Below, piece after piece: positions 38,670 to 53,253 of a stretch of DNA of 64,000 nucleotides; position 1 is the stretch's first letter, and each line of letters opens with the position of its first letter. Source of the stretch: the human T2T-CHM13v2.0 reference genome, Homo sapiens; assembly GCF_009914755.1 (NCBI RefSeq), contig NC_060927.1; one strand, given 5' to 3'. Position numbers and translations under genes: made by a program. A model generated the notes under the pieces. It did no database searches and was not told where the DNA came from. It was given only the letters and a program-made list of their open reading frames with translations.

Positions 38670-39719
38670 TTAATAATTATATTGTTTTTGAATCTAATGT
38701 TATTTTCCCATGTATGTATCCCTTATTCAACATCAAACACTTCTTCAGCTAAATATTTAAATAGCATCTAAATAATATTACTTAGAAAGTAATAGTAAGC
38801 ATTAGCCACCTGAAAAAAGGAAGTTAGATTAATAATTTGCCTCCTAACCCCTCCCTTCATACAAACTCTCATCCCCATTGGTTAAGTAGAAATGTAGATT
38901 TGTTTTACATGGGTGGTGATCATATGAAAATAAAGTTAAAATGTAGATCAAACTATACTGAATTCTGATAAATATTAATTTGCCCTTCAACAAAGAAATA
39001 CCAGATACTTACTTACACTTCTGTTTTGGATTTCAAAGTCCAGGGAGCTAGACCTTTAGACAGGCTCTTATTTGCTTCTGTCCTGATGCTTTCGCACAGG
39101 CAGGCCAATTAGTTTCTTGTTTCTTGATCTATAAGAATAAACACAATTTCCCAGCTAAACTACAGGCTTGGCCAAGAGGGCAAGGATATGGCCAGAACTT
39201 TTACTACTGATCAATGCACAGAAGCCCACGCCAGATGAAGGCATAGAATTACTCTTCCTATCTTTGTGGATGTCCACAAGGCAGAAATGCAAAGGTGGTT
39301 TTTCACTCCAAAGTGAGACAATAATATTTTCCCCAAGTGTATAGGAATTTTAATCTGGGACTATGATTTTTAAAATAAAATGTATTATTAAGGTTTTATA
39401 AACTATTTGGAAAGAATGAAGGGCTGGTAGTAATACAGAAATACTAAAATGCCTTAGTCACCATTCTAAAAATAAAATTGGAATATAAAAGTATTCAATT
39501 TTCAGAAAAACACAGAAATAGTAGAGAAAGTTTTCTTTCATTTTTTTTCGCTTCCTTTCTGAATTCCTTTCCTTGAGCTAAGAGGCCGTGTGGATTATGA
39601 TACCTTGGATTATTATACCTGTGGATTATTATACCTCTTCTAGAGGATGGTCCATGCCTGGCAGAAGTATGAAATCTCAAGGTCCAACTCTTAGATTCTT
39701 TCAAAAAATAATAGTTCTG

Positions 39720-41460
39720 CACTGAAATCTGCCAGGTACTGTTTTAGACACTTTTGGGGCACAAAGGGGAATGAATAAAACAGATAAGTGTCTTTGCTCC
39801 TGTGGAGCTTATGTGAGTAGCCGAGAGTACAGAAAATAATAATCATTGTCATTATAACAATTTAAATATGTAACATATTAGATACTGGTAAGTGCCAAGA
39901 AGAAGAAAAATAAAACCAGAATGGAGGATATGGGAGAACAGGGGGCTGCAAGTGTAAATAGGGCTGTCAAGGAAGGTCTCGCTGAGAAGATGCTGTCTAA
40001 ATAAAGACCCAAAGGAGATAGGAAACAAGCCACACAGAGGTCTTTGGAAACAGGAGTGTGTCCAATGAACTGAAGGACCAGCAATGAGGTGGGTGAGGCT
40101 GGAGGGAGAGGGCAGGAAGTAAGAAACAACACGAATGGAGTGATAGAGGCCAGGTTGAGTAGAGCCTTGGAGGCCATTCTAAGGCTTTTGCTTTCTTTCA
40201 TAGTGAGATGAGAAGGCCTGAGTAGAGTGTTTTAGCATACAGGGCTAAGGTTTGGATGAGGACCAGCAAGGGCAAAAGCAGAAAGGCCTGTTAGAAAGCT
40301 CCTGCTGCCATTCAGATGGAGAATGAGGTGGCCCAGGCAGGGGAAGTATAGTGGAGACAGTGAGGAGTGGTCAGGCTCTGGATCTCTCTTCAGTAAAGAG
40401 CTGGGAAGACTTGCTAATAGATTGAATCTGAGGAATGAACAAAAAAGAGGTGTCAAGGATGGCTGCAGCGTTTGGAACCTAACATGCTGGAAGAGTGGCA
40501 CTGCCTTTTCTTGAGGAAAGAAGACTGTGGGAAAAGAGTTAGAGTAGGAGCAGGAACTTAGTTTGGACTTGTAAAAGTGGAAATGACCATTATACACCCA
40601 AGCAGAGACATCACATAAGCTGTTGGGTATGTGATTCTAGAGTTTACGAGAGACACCTGGGCTAGAGATGGAAATGAGGGAGGCATCAGCTCATACATGA
40701 TTCTGACAATCCTGAGGCTGGGTGGATCACTGAGAGTGAGCGTGGACACAGAAGAGAAGAATTCCAAGAATTCCCCAGGGGCTGGGGTTGGGGAGAGGAG
40801 GAGGCACCAGCATTGAACAGTGAGAGGAACAGACAGTGAGGAAGGAGGAAAACCAGGAGAGGGAGTGTCCTGGAAACCAGATGAGGACCATGCTTGAAGG
40901 AGGAGAGCATGATCAACTCTGGCAAATGTGTCTGTGTGCCTATGGGAAAGACCCTGTAGAGAAAGGAAACTTGATACTGTAAGAAGGAGAAGAGAGAACT
41001 GCTGCAGCAATTTCCACAAGTACCCCAGAGACTTTAGGAGCCAGAACATAAGCAGAAGGCTTAACCCTACCTAGATGCAGGACAGTTCATCCATAGGAAT
41101 AGGTGAAAGGAAGAGGAAATGGGCACCCATTTCTACGTAGGATGAGAAGAAGCTTCCTATGCCTTCTATTTCTTAGCAAAATAGGAAGTGAGGTCAACGC
41201 TGGGAGTGGGGATGGGTTGGGGGGGTGTCCTGAGTGTTTGAAGATGGAAGACAAGGTGTGAAGAATGGGAAGATGAAAGGACTAAGGAAGCAGAGTATGA
41301 TTTCTGGGTACCACTAGGGGCTCCTAAAGATTAATGTCATGAATTTAAAGTGAGGCTGATCAGTATGGCTGTGTGGTTTGCTCTAGTTGCATTTAGCTAC
41401 ACAGGTCCATGTACAGAGCAGGCTGAGTTAGATGTATACAGAGTTAATGTTTCTCCCTGA
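39720..41460 (-). mobile_element. Long L2 LINE fragment including RT remnant
   Basis: ORF 40558-41049 contains FARVDHALLLQAWSSSGFQDT, resembling the L2 RT motif AFDTVDHSLLL..LSSLGF.D; typical L2 3' region from 39720. Confidence 0.82.
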
Positions 41461-42401
41461 AAATAGACTCCTGATATCTTCACTCACATCAGAGGTCAAC
41501 GTATACCAGAGTTTGCTATTATAAGAAATGTGACCATAACTATCTCTGATCTCTTTCTTTTCATGTATATTAGCACTGTTAAATGTGAATTTTCTAGTTT
41601 TAAATTTCTTCATGTGAATACTCACCACAAAAGCCATGAGTAAGAGCAGCATGCTTACATTCAGATATAGCTGTGGTGAGGGAACTGGGCTCCCTCGCTA
41701 GCTAAGTGTTTCACTCTGACCCACCAGCCTTGAGTGCAAGATTCAAAGTCATGTCTCAGAAAATTTTATTTGCTGGTAGAAAGGACAACTGCTGAATTCG
41801 TACACATCAGTCTCTCTACTCTCGTTCAAGCTTGCCATTTACCTTCTTTGATCAAGCTGATCCACTTGTGTGCCACTTGGCCTACACAACAAAAGACTGA
41901 GGACCCAGCAGCCTTGCTTCATTCATATCTGGCATCACAACCATGGTTCTTCCTTCATGTCACCTATTTTGTGTCCTACGTCTTTCATTCTCAAATCTTG
42001 CCCTTCATCTTTATCTCCTGGCTATAGTCTCATGTTGCTCGACTAAGCAGCACCTGACAAGGTGCCATAAACTTGACTTTCCTTTTCAGTAATGGATTAC
42101 TCTTTCCCTCCCAACTCAGTCCACATTCAGCTTCCCTGGGTGACAGTGTTACCCAGTGCAGTTCAAGCCTTGAGGTTGGTGGCCCACGTGGCTGACCCAA
42201 ATGTTTGGCCTTTTTGACAAGTCTTCCTGGAGCCTGTGAAAAGAAATCATCATGGTGGATACCTACCATGGCATACATTAAAGAAATATTAGCGTAAATT
42301 CTTTTACTTCTTACTTTTGAAAGAAAGGTTCCTGTGAGGTGCAGATTACCATTAGCTTGGTGGCATAAGGCAGAGGAGATGGGGTGGGTGGCTGTTCTGG
42401 A

Positions 42402-43145
42402 TCAGTGTTTCTGGAGGGACAATCCTTGAATTCTCTGCAAGATAACTGCTTGGGTTGCTCATCAAAAATAGAAATTCCTGGGTCCTTCCCCAAACTACAG
42501 AATCAGAGTCTCTGAAGGTGGGGGCTATGATGTTGCTTATTTGATTAGTACCCAAAAGGTACATATAGTCTAAAGTTTTAGGGCTACCAGTATAGAGCAA
42601 TTGCTCCCAAACCTGGTGGTTCCTAAACCACCTACTGGAGATGGTGAAAGTGCAGATTCAAAGACTTCATCCCAGATATATTAAATCAGACTCTGGTGTG
42701 GCCTGGGATTCTGAATTTAAAAAATATAATAACAATAACAATAATCACAATAATAATTATAACGATTCTGATGATCAGCCAGGTTGGAAATGTAAAGCAT
42801 CCCTTATGCCAAACTCTTTTCAGCTCATTTGAAAAAGATTCTTTGTGCTGGAAAACTCTCTCACTTCATAAGAGAGCAGCAGCTCTGGATGCTGACTGCC
42901 GTTCAGCTCCTGCAAAGTTGCACCTCTGGGATACATGGCTAAACTGAGGGCTTGCCAGCTTTGCTCTTTTAAAGCTAGGTCTCCCAAACCTAGTCGCATC
43001 ACCTGGGGGAGATTTGCAAGAACATGGATTCTGAAGCTCAACCCACACTTATTGAATCATGGTCTCTAGGAGTGGTGTCCAGAATCCCTATTTTGAGAAG
43101 CATTCAGATGATAATTAAGATGAGACAAATTTGGGAGCCATAAGT
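42402..43145. mobile_element. Three degenerate MER5-like hAT MITEs (~42402-42545, 42596-42792, 42975-43145)
   Basis: Each has aaa..gattcc/agattc ... aatcaga..ctct core; the last two end in gattctgatg..ggttggaaa / atttgggagcca. Confidence 0.65.
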
Positions 43146-44269
43146 CTATGACCGTGGAGGGAACTGCCAACCTAACAGCCATTTGGGGGTGCTGCAGCAG
43201 CTGAACGGTTGATGAAAACATAAGCATGCTCTCAAACTACTGATTACATCAACTTGATACTTTGCACTGCCTCTTACCTAAAAACTCAGTGAACATATTC
43301 TGCAGACTTCTTCTTTTCTTGCCTTATCTCCTAGCCTCCTTCTGTTTGTCTACCAATGCTGCCACTGCCTGCCCTCTGGCATGGCTACTTCCAGTACTCT
43401 GTCACCATGGTGTCTGGTTGCTGGCAGAGACCTGCCTGAAACTAGAATTGTTTATTTGCCAGAATTATATACCCAGTCTAAGGCTGTAGGATTCTAGCTT
43501 TTATAGTTAGGCATGCATGACTTCTTAGTTGTTTTCAACACACTAAATTTAATAAATATAACAAAAGTCTTGCAAATAGGATCTAGTAAAAGGCTGAGTT
43601 AAAAGAATGTTTTTACAGAATTGCAGTGTTATTGCTCTTGAGTGTAGGCGATGAACTGGGGTTAGAGACTGGGGCTAGGCTCTTTGTAAGGACGGATGCA
43701 TGTAGACAACTGTTTGTCCTCAGTACACACAATGTTTGAACAGGAAGGTTAGAAAAGAGTAGCTTGAAAGGAGTTTATTGGTTTTAGCCCCTCATATAAA
43801 TCATTTTCTTTGAATTACTTCTAAATAATGTACTTTCATAGATGATAGCATGAAATTTTCAGTCCAGTGTGTCTAGAATTATCTCAGATTTTGAATTTTA
43901 AAAGTCTAAATGAAGTTTACTAAATGGATAAAATTGCCATTTTTTTCTTTGAATGTGTATTTTATTTTTCTTAAGAAAGTAAACAGGGTTTTTCAGAATA
44001 GTTGCGTTTTAATTACATCAGTAGCTTAATGTTAATTGAAGAAATATTAGAAATTACAAGAAATGGAAAAACGAGAATTAAAGTTGCCTTTTTTTTTTGT
44101 TTTGGGAAATGACTGTTGACATTTTGGGGAATAGCCCTCTTGCTTTTGAATTCAACACCCCCACCTCGCTCAACTATACGTATTGTTTTGTAACTTGTAA
44201 ACACAATGATTTGGGGGATTGGAAGTTTTTTGCATCTAGCTCTACTGTGTCTATTTTCTCTTCCACCTC

Positions 44270-44680
44270 AGGGCCTTTGCACATGTGCTTTCCTTTGCCT
44301 GAAATGCTTTACCTACCTCCTCCAAGTGGCTGTTTTCTTAACATTTGTGCTTCAGGTTAGAGGTCACATCCTCAAGGAGGCCTTTCCTGACCCCTCAATC
44401 TAAAGCTTCACCCCATTTTCAAATCATTCCTGATCTTCTTTTTTACCTCCGATGTGACTTTCTTAATAGTTTGGTTTATTTGTTTCCTGTCTGTCTTCTC
44501 CACCACAGTGCAGGTGCCATCAGAACCAGGGCCGTTTCTGTCCTATTCTGCCCTATTCTGTCCTTTCTGTACACTCATTTCCTAGAACAGTGCTAGCCCA
44601 GAGTAGGGGTTGGATAGACATTTGTAGAATAGATAAGGAAATGACTGACTGACTGACTACTGAGAGGATGAATGAGACCG
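44270..44680 (+). mobile_element. L2 LINE 3' fragment
   Basis: ctcagggcctttgcacatgtgc, gtcacatcctcaaggaggcctttcctgacc, cctagaacagtgc. Confidence 0.75.
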
Positions 44681-44703
44681 TTGGCCTGGGAGGGTGGAAG
44701 TCA

Positions 44704-45135
<432 letters not shown>

Positions 45136-47400
45136 CTAACAAATGGCAAATAGCAAAACCTGAAAAATGTTTCTTTAATCTCAGATCCAAAATGAGAGTT
45201 TGATAGAATTCAAATGATTCTACAATTAGCTCAGAGCTTTTAGATTCATAGCCTCTTTGTTTTTAGTTAGTTTGCCTTTTTCAGTTTAATTGTTTAGACT
45301 GAAAGTTTGTAATTTCTTACCAGTTTTGAGTAGTTGACTCTAGAATAACATGAGTAATTTTTCTAAATAGCATTGCTTGTTGTGTCATTGATTCACCTCA
45401 CTGGCACATCCTTGTCTCTGATCTAAAATTGTGAAAAATGAACAATATGTTGAGATATGAAATTATGCATGAATCTTCAAGCTGTAAACCAGCTAGCTGA
45501 CAGTGAGGTTATTACTGTGAGAAATGTCTACAACAATACTTCGCTTTCATGTCACATAAGTCCTTGACTTGAGGCTGCTAGGAAATTAATTAATTAAAGA
45601 AACTTAAGTTTCCTTAAGTTTCGACACCTTTGGGGAAAAAAGAGCAGATCGTTACCTTTACTCAGAGATAAGACAATTGAGAAACAAGTATTTTAATCAG
45701 AAGTGTTGGTGTGAAAAACCATAATAAATTTGAAGAATTTTATTTAATATTCAGATCTCTCTTGAAGGTACACACTATTTTACATGTGGAATACATAATA
45801 AATTTGTCATTCTGACAAACTTTTGATAGAATTCAAATATGGAATACATGATAAGTTTGTCATAATAAAATTTGTCTTTCTGCTTCTTTCTTGGGTATTT
45901 TGTGGTCATTGGGCAGCACACTGTTTCTTTTTATTGCCTTTCCTTTCATGTTAAATGTAAAGATAGAAAAATGAACTCAAAGGTAGTAGTTTGTATTTCT
46001 CTATGCTTGTTAAGGAAATCTATTAGTAGTTCACAGGAGCTTCTTAGCAGATAGGCAGTGAGTCAGTCCTTAGCAAATTGTAGAAGAGGTCAACCTTTCC
46101 CCATTCCTCTTCCCACTAAAGCTGCTTTTCTCTTCCCTTCACCTAGGTCTCCTTCTCCAGCCACTACTCTGTGGTGGTTGCAACCTCATCCATGTTGAAA
46201 AGCCCATTCTGACCTGTGGCTTTCAGCGCTGGGGCCTCTGGGAATGTCCAACCAGTAGCACCTGCAGTCCTTGGAGAGCCGACACTCACCACACTGTCTA
46301 CAGCACCCTTTTGCACTTGCTCTTAATTATATCCTACCATTTATTCCATTCGACGTATTTATCATAATTTGTATCTTGATTTCTAAAATTTGTTCATGTA
46401 ATATCAGTCCTTGGGATAGGATGTAAGTTTCATAAAAGAAAACTCCATCTTCTTCATCTTTCATGTCTCCTGTACCCCAAATCCATGAAGACTTGAGTCT
46501 CTTCCCCTCACGGAGAGTATTTGCTTAGAAAAGGGATTAAAAACACCTGTGATGGGTTGAGGTGGAAAGAGCTTCACAAGCTAGAGGTACTTTTAAACTT
46601 GAAAGCTACAGGAAATACATCATGTTAGGGAGATTAAAAAAAAGAAGAATGAGAAACACATACACACTAATGAAGTCATTTACAACTTAAGTGACTAATG
46701 GAAGACGTATTTCATTGTCCAAAAATATTTCCTACAATAGACACGTTTTATGACTTCATGGTTCTCGAAAATAAATTTTCCTAGCTTTGGATTTAACATA
46801 AGCCTTGGGGTTAAGGAGTTACAGTCCAGCTGAGGAAAGACAGCTTAAAACATAATAACACATTTTGACATTTCTAAGCGATATGGCCTCCTTTGTCTTT
46901 CTCCTTTTTAAATTTTCTTGCCCTCTTCCTCTCTGATTTTTCCTTCCTTCATTCCTTTCTTTCTATTTTTTCCTTCTTTTCTTCCCTCAATTAAATTAAA
47001 TCAAAATAGTACATACTAGTAGTAATGCTATTAAAATAGTAATACTATTAAAATGACGTAAAGAGTTTATATATGAAAATACACAATTCCTGGTCCCAAC
47101 ATGTTCGTTCTCCTGACTCCCTCTCCACAGAGACAACCACTTTTGACTCTTTAACCTGTTCCTTCTAGCATTTTATGCTTTCAAATAATATGTGAATACT
47201 GCTCTCCTTTGATTCATCAATTTAGACATAATGTATTGAGTTTCTAATATAGCAGATGAGGATTTAACTCCCTTATATTACCATCCTATCCGCTTCTCCT
47301 CACTTATTCTCCTGGTTTAATTATGCTCCAAATTTTGGTTAAGTATATACTCAACGTTAACATTACTATGCCTATCCAAGTTTTATTCACAGCTGAAAAC

Positions 47401-47820
47401 TGTAATATCTGGGTTTCCAAGGATCAGGCCCTGAGACAAGGATTCAAGCACAAGCAGTTCATTTGGGAGGCACAGGAAACACCAGTAGGGGAGGAAGGAA
47501 GTGATAAGCGGAAGAAAAGGCAGTAATCGAGGGTGCGTTATCAAGAAGTAACCACTATGGGTAATTGGAGCTTAATTCTGTGAGGGAAACTCTGGGAACT
47601 GGTGTAAAACTCATAATTCAGTGCCATCCCACCTGAAAGGTGAGGGAGCTGGGGTATTTGTATACCAGTTTCTATCAGCCACTTACTGAAGGCTGCTCCC
47701 AAGGGTTGTTAGTTCCCCAATACTTCCAGCCTGCCATGTGCAGGCAGCGTGGCCTTCTGAAGCTTTTGTGAAAGTCTTCTGCAAAGAGATGCCAATGCTG
47801 ACAGTTGAAAGTTAGCCAAG
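47401..47820. mobile_element. LTR16-like ERVL solo LTR
   Basis: ccctgagacaaggattcaagcacaagcagttcatttgggagg..ggaaacaccagtaggg, gggagctggggtattt. Confidence 0.75.
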
Positions 47821-48922
47821 AAGACAAACTTATAATGCATCATGATTATGTTTTCCTTCTTTTTGTTTCTTTCCTGAAATTAATAACTGCCTTTTAAACT
47901 TTCCTTAGTGTTCTTGATACTTATTGCAAATCTTCCCATACCTCCTAATAGTTTCTCAACACAATGTTTTATAAAGTTAATCATATCAGGTAATTTGCCA
48001 GCTCTAATTTCTTTTTCTTAGAGCCATCCTTGGAGGCCTCCATTATGCTCTATGGACTGTATGCACTCAAGGTCTTCTACACAGATGACACCCTAGGACA
48101 GCTGTGCTGTCATCTCAGGAATATTCTTTGCCTTCTGAGTTGGATTCCTTTGTTTCCTGGTCTGAGTGTTTCTCTTTCTTGGTTGACTTCTGGTTGGACC
48201 ACATCATTCTGAGTATAATCAGACTCAGTTCAGTGGTAGAGGGTCTGTCTCTTGGGTAATGCTGCTCCCCCTGGGGCTGCGTGCTTCTGTGGTGCTGCTC
48301 TTCTAGCATTTCCCTTCCCTAGCACCTGGGAGAGTTCCTTCAGGACTCTATTGTTTTGAAGCTCCTCTGTTTTTTTAAATTTATTTTTTATTATTATTTT
48401 TATTCGTGTTTTCCTTTTTCTTGGTTTGTTTCTTCATTTTAATGGAATAAACTTTCCAGTGTCTAAGAAAAGGTGACTGGGAAATAAATTTTTAAAAACC
48501 TTGTGTGTCTGAAAATGTCTTTATTTTCCCCTTGAACTGATTGGCTGGATCAAGTTATATGTTGGAAATAATTTACCACTTCAGAATTTTGAAAATCTTT
48601 CTTTTCTATCTTCCAGTGTTGCCATTAAGAAATATGAAGCAATTCGGACATCAACACCCTCCTATTTGGCCTGTTGTTGTTGTTTTTAAATCTCTGGAAG
48701 CTTATCGAATCTCTTTTTGGCTCTACTATTCTGAAACGTTATCGTGAAATCACTTAGTGTGGGCTGATTTTTGTCCATTGTGCAGTGTGCTCTGTGGGGC
48801 AGGCCCTTTCAATCTGTAAACTCTCATGTCCTCATTCCTGGGAAATGTTCCTAAATTATTTTGTTTTATTATTATTATTTGCTACATTTTCTCCATTCTC
48901 TTGCTGGTGCTTCTGTTATTCT

Positions 48923-49093
48923 TTATTTTAATTTTTTAATTTTTTATTTCCCTAAGTTTTGGGGGAACAGGTGATATTTGGTTACATGAGTAAGTTCTTT
49001 AGTGGTGATTTGTGAGACTTTGGGGTACCTGTCTCTCCAGCAGTACACACTGAACCCAATTCGTAGTCTTTTATCCCCCACCTGCTTCCCACA
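48923..49093 (-). mobile_element. Very short (171 bp) L1PB 3' end insertion
   Basis: gggggaacaggtgatatttggttacatgagtaagttctttagtggtgattt; perfect 15-bp TSD tgcttctgttattct (48908-48922, 49094-49108). Confidence 0.92.
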
Positions 49094-49511
49094 TGCTTCT
49101 GTTATTCTGATAATGAACTTTCTGCCCTGCTTCTCTAGTTGTCGTATATCCTCTCTCTTGCTTTGTATCTCTCTCTTTTATACACTTTTTTTTTCTGAAA
49201 AATTTCTTCCACTTTATTCTTTAATTCTTCTATTGAGCTTTTCATTTTGGATAGCATGCTTAAATTTCTAAAACCTTCTTTTGGTTTTCTGAATGTTTAT
49301 TCTTCTAAAGCATCTTGTCAGTAATATTTCAAAGATGCAATATTTTTCTCTTAACTCTAAATAAACCAGTGATTCCAGTTGTTATCATTGTGTCATATTT
49401 TCTTCTCTGTGAACAGTCTCTATTTTTTCAAGTTTTTTTTTTTTTTCTGTTTTGATACTGGCTTTTGTGTTTTGACATTTTTCATGTTCAAGACTTTCCC
49501 CAGATGTCTGA

Positions 49512-50198
<687 letters not shown>

Positions 50199-50304
50199 TA
50201 AAACTTTGATGGAAGCCCTAAACATAGGAGTAGAGCTTGTTGACATTGAACTTTGTTGACAGGTGAGCTATCTGAGTCTTTTGTAGGGAAACTCCTAAAG
50301 CTGG

Positions 50305-51335
50305 GTTGTGTTTTATCACCTTAGCACTACTACTTCTATTTAAGATTAGGAATTGTCCTTTCCAGAACTCCATTTTCTCTGTGATTAGATTTGGCTAAGA
50401 GAAAAACTTGTACAGAATTTGGAAAGCAGAGGTAAAGCAGGAGCCATTACTTTCAGAAGGTCACAGTAATCAGGGAATGTGCCATCTAGATGCAGAGATG
50501 CCTAGTAGGCTGTAGCCTCCCCTCCCAACTACTGACCCCACAGGCCAAGAGTGACTCCAAGCCACCAAATGCTTGACTGCAATTTCTACAGAGGCTGTAG
50601 CTTCCATGGACCTGCCATAACCTCCTCACCCACTATTCCACTTGGGTGGCCAAACATCCAGTCTTTCTGAACATTTCCCACATACTCCATCCACACCCAT
50701 GCTTTAAGTTGTTGTAGGTGTTTCCTAGAGCTGCTGTAACAAATGACAACAAATTTAGTGGCTTAAAACAACACAAATTTATTCTCTTACAGTTCTGGAG
50801 CTCAGTAGTCTAAAACCGAAGTGTCTCCTGGGAGCTTCAGGAGAGAAATCCACTTCCTTACTTTTTCCAGATTCTAAGGTCACGTCCATTTCTTTGGTCT
50901 GGCTCCTTCTTTTATCTTCAAAGTGCATCACTCCAACCTCCAGTTCTGTCTTCACCTCTCCTTTTCTCACTTTCTTCCTCTTGTCTCTGTTTTATAAAGG
51001 CTGTTGTGATAACATTGGGTCCACCTAGCTAATCTGGGATTATCTCCCCATCTCAAGATCCTTAACATAATTACACCACCAAAGTCCCTTTTTGCCATGT
51101 AAAGCAACATATTCATAAGTTCTGGGGAGCAGGATGTGGATTTCTTTGGGGGTCACTGTTCTGACTGCCACAGTAGGTAATGACTTCCTTGGATCCTCTG
51201 AGTCTTCTCTTCCAGATTCCTACTTCCTCAGCTCTTCCCACACTTGTGCAAGCTCTAATTCCTAGAGTAAGCCGCTTACTCCCCTAATACACTTTTAGTG
51301 GCTCTGATTTTCTGACTTAACCCTGATAGATACAC
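50305..51335. mobile_element. Old ERVL-type LTR (LTR33A/LTR41-like) split by MLT1
   Basis: gaatttggaaagcagag ... tagtggctctgattttctgacttaaccctgatagataca; family uncertain. Confidence 0.5.
50719..51172 (-). mobile_element. MLT1C-like ERVL-MaLR solo LTR
   Basis: gctgctgtaacaaat..ggcttaaaacaacacaaatttattctcttacagttctggag ... actgccaca; perfect 5-bp TSD gtagg (50714-50718, 51173-51177). Confidence 0.88.
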
Positions 51336-51934
51336 CCCCAATGTCAATATCTCTATGTATTTCCTCTTTCAGATTTTACCAGAGTTATTCTAGTTTCCAG
51401 CCTAGAGGATAAAGACTTGGCTGCCAAGGGTCTGAGGGCCAAGATAATGAAAATAGTAGAGGGGTCTTTGTTGGTCATATCAATTCATTGACTTTATTTT
51501 GCTATTTTCAGTTTGGTTCTACCTCATTTGCCTGCTGTAGGAGTCCCCAGGACAGATATCCTTTGCATTATCGCCTCTAGAGAGCATCGCTCCAACCTCT
51601 GGCCACGTACAGAAGAAGGAGCAGAATCTCAAGGTCAGGCAAAGGGGAGAAGCTCTAGGGATTTCACTGTTTCTAAAAGGGTCATTATCAGATTCTGCTT
51701 TTATTTACCATCACCTCTTCTTCACTCCATTTCCAGAAGCCTGTTGCTATCAGTTTCCAATGTTTCAGAGATTCTATGGTTAAATAAGGTTGCTTCTCAA
51801 CTGTCCTTCCTGCCATCTTAGAATTTACCTTCTAGAGTTAGCTAGGAGAGGTATCTCCTAGCGATCTGCTTGATTGCTTCTAAAATTTTTATCGACGTTA
51901 TCCATTCTTTTTCTTCCTATTTTTACAGGTTTCT

Positions 51935-52200
51935 ATTTTTAAATTAAACATATTATTTTGAGATAATTCTAGATTCACATGCAGTTAAAAGAACGATAAT
52001 CATTCAGGGAAACCACATACCCTTCCCCTAATCATAACATCTTGCATAACATGGTACAACATTAGAACCAGGAAATTGACATTGATATAATCTACTGGTT
52101 TTATTCACATTTCACCAGTTTTACATGCACTCATTTGTGTGTGTGCACGCGTATGTGTATGTGTGCTCATGTGTGTATTTCTATGCAATTTTGTAATGTG
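51935..52200 (-). mobile_element. L1MC-type 3' end fragment
   Basis: tagattcacatgcagtt, aaccaggaaattgacattgata, ttcaccagttttacatgcactcatttgtgtgtg. Confidence 0.75.
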
Positions 52201-52961
52201 AATTATATATGTATATATTTAAGGAAAAATTCCCTTTACTATATAATATTTGAAACATGGAAAATTAGATGCTATATCCCATGTGCCATCTTCTTCTGAA
52301 AGCTGAATGACTGGAAACGTAACGAAAAGTATCTTGAACTTGCAAACAAGAGCAGAGCATGGGTAAATTTTATCTTCTTTACAACCTTGCCCATGGACTG
52401 TAGGGTCAGCTAACAAGGCTCTTTGTTTAGCTCACTGTGTTCTAAACATTCTGTATCCTTCCTCCCCTTTAAAAAATCAGCCCAGAGAAAGGCATTTAGC
52501 AACAGAAAAGAGAATAAACAGACTTTTTAGGATCATGGTGTTGAGTTGTTTCTGTGCCAAGCTTCTTATCCATACAGAATTATAACTGATAGGTTATTTT
52601 AATCAATATTGGTAAAAAAAAAAGACTAACAGCATTTAAAAAGAATCACATTCTCTTCTTGGAGAGAAAAATTATATTTTCTGATTTCTGCAGAGATGAA
52701 GAATTAATGAATCAACAGCATGCGTAAATAGAGAGGCGATGGAGATCTGTTTTGTAATATGTAGCGTTCCTGAATCCCCTATAATCATAGCTGGTAGTTG
52801 GGCACTCAGATAATTAAATTGCCCCAATAGGTCATTTGCATCAAATTTAATGCAGTCATGGAAAATTCGCAATATATGTTTGTACTCAGAATCAGGTAGT
52901 AGGAGTGAGAGCTGTATGAGACTATCAAAACCAAGCAACATCTAGTCTAAAAGTTAACATA

Positions 52962-53253
<292 letters not shown>

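Noticed and set aside
40558-41049. 163-aa ORF with a hydrophobic, signal-peptide-like N-terminus
   Set aside because: Contains a degenerate L2 RT motif and shifts out of the L2 frame; a transposon remnant.
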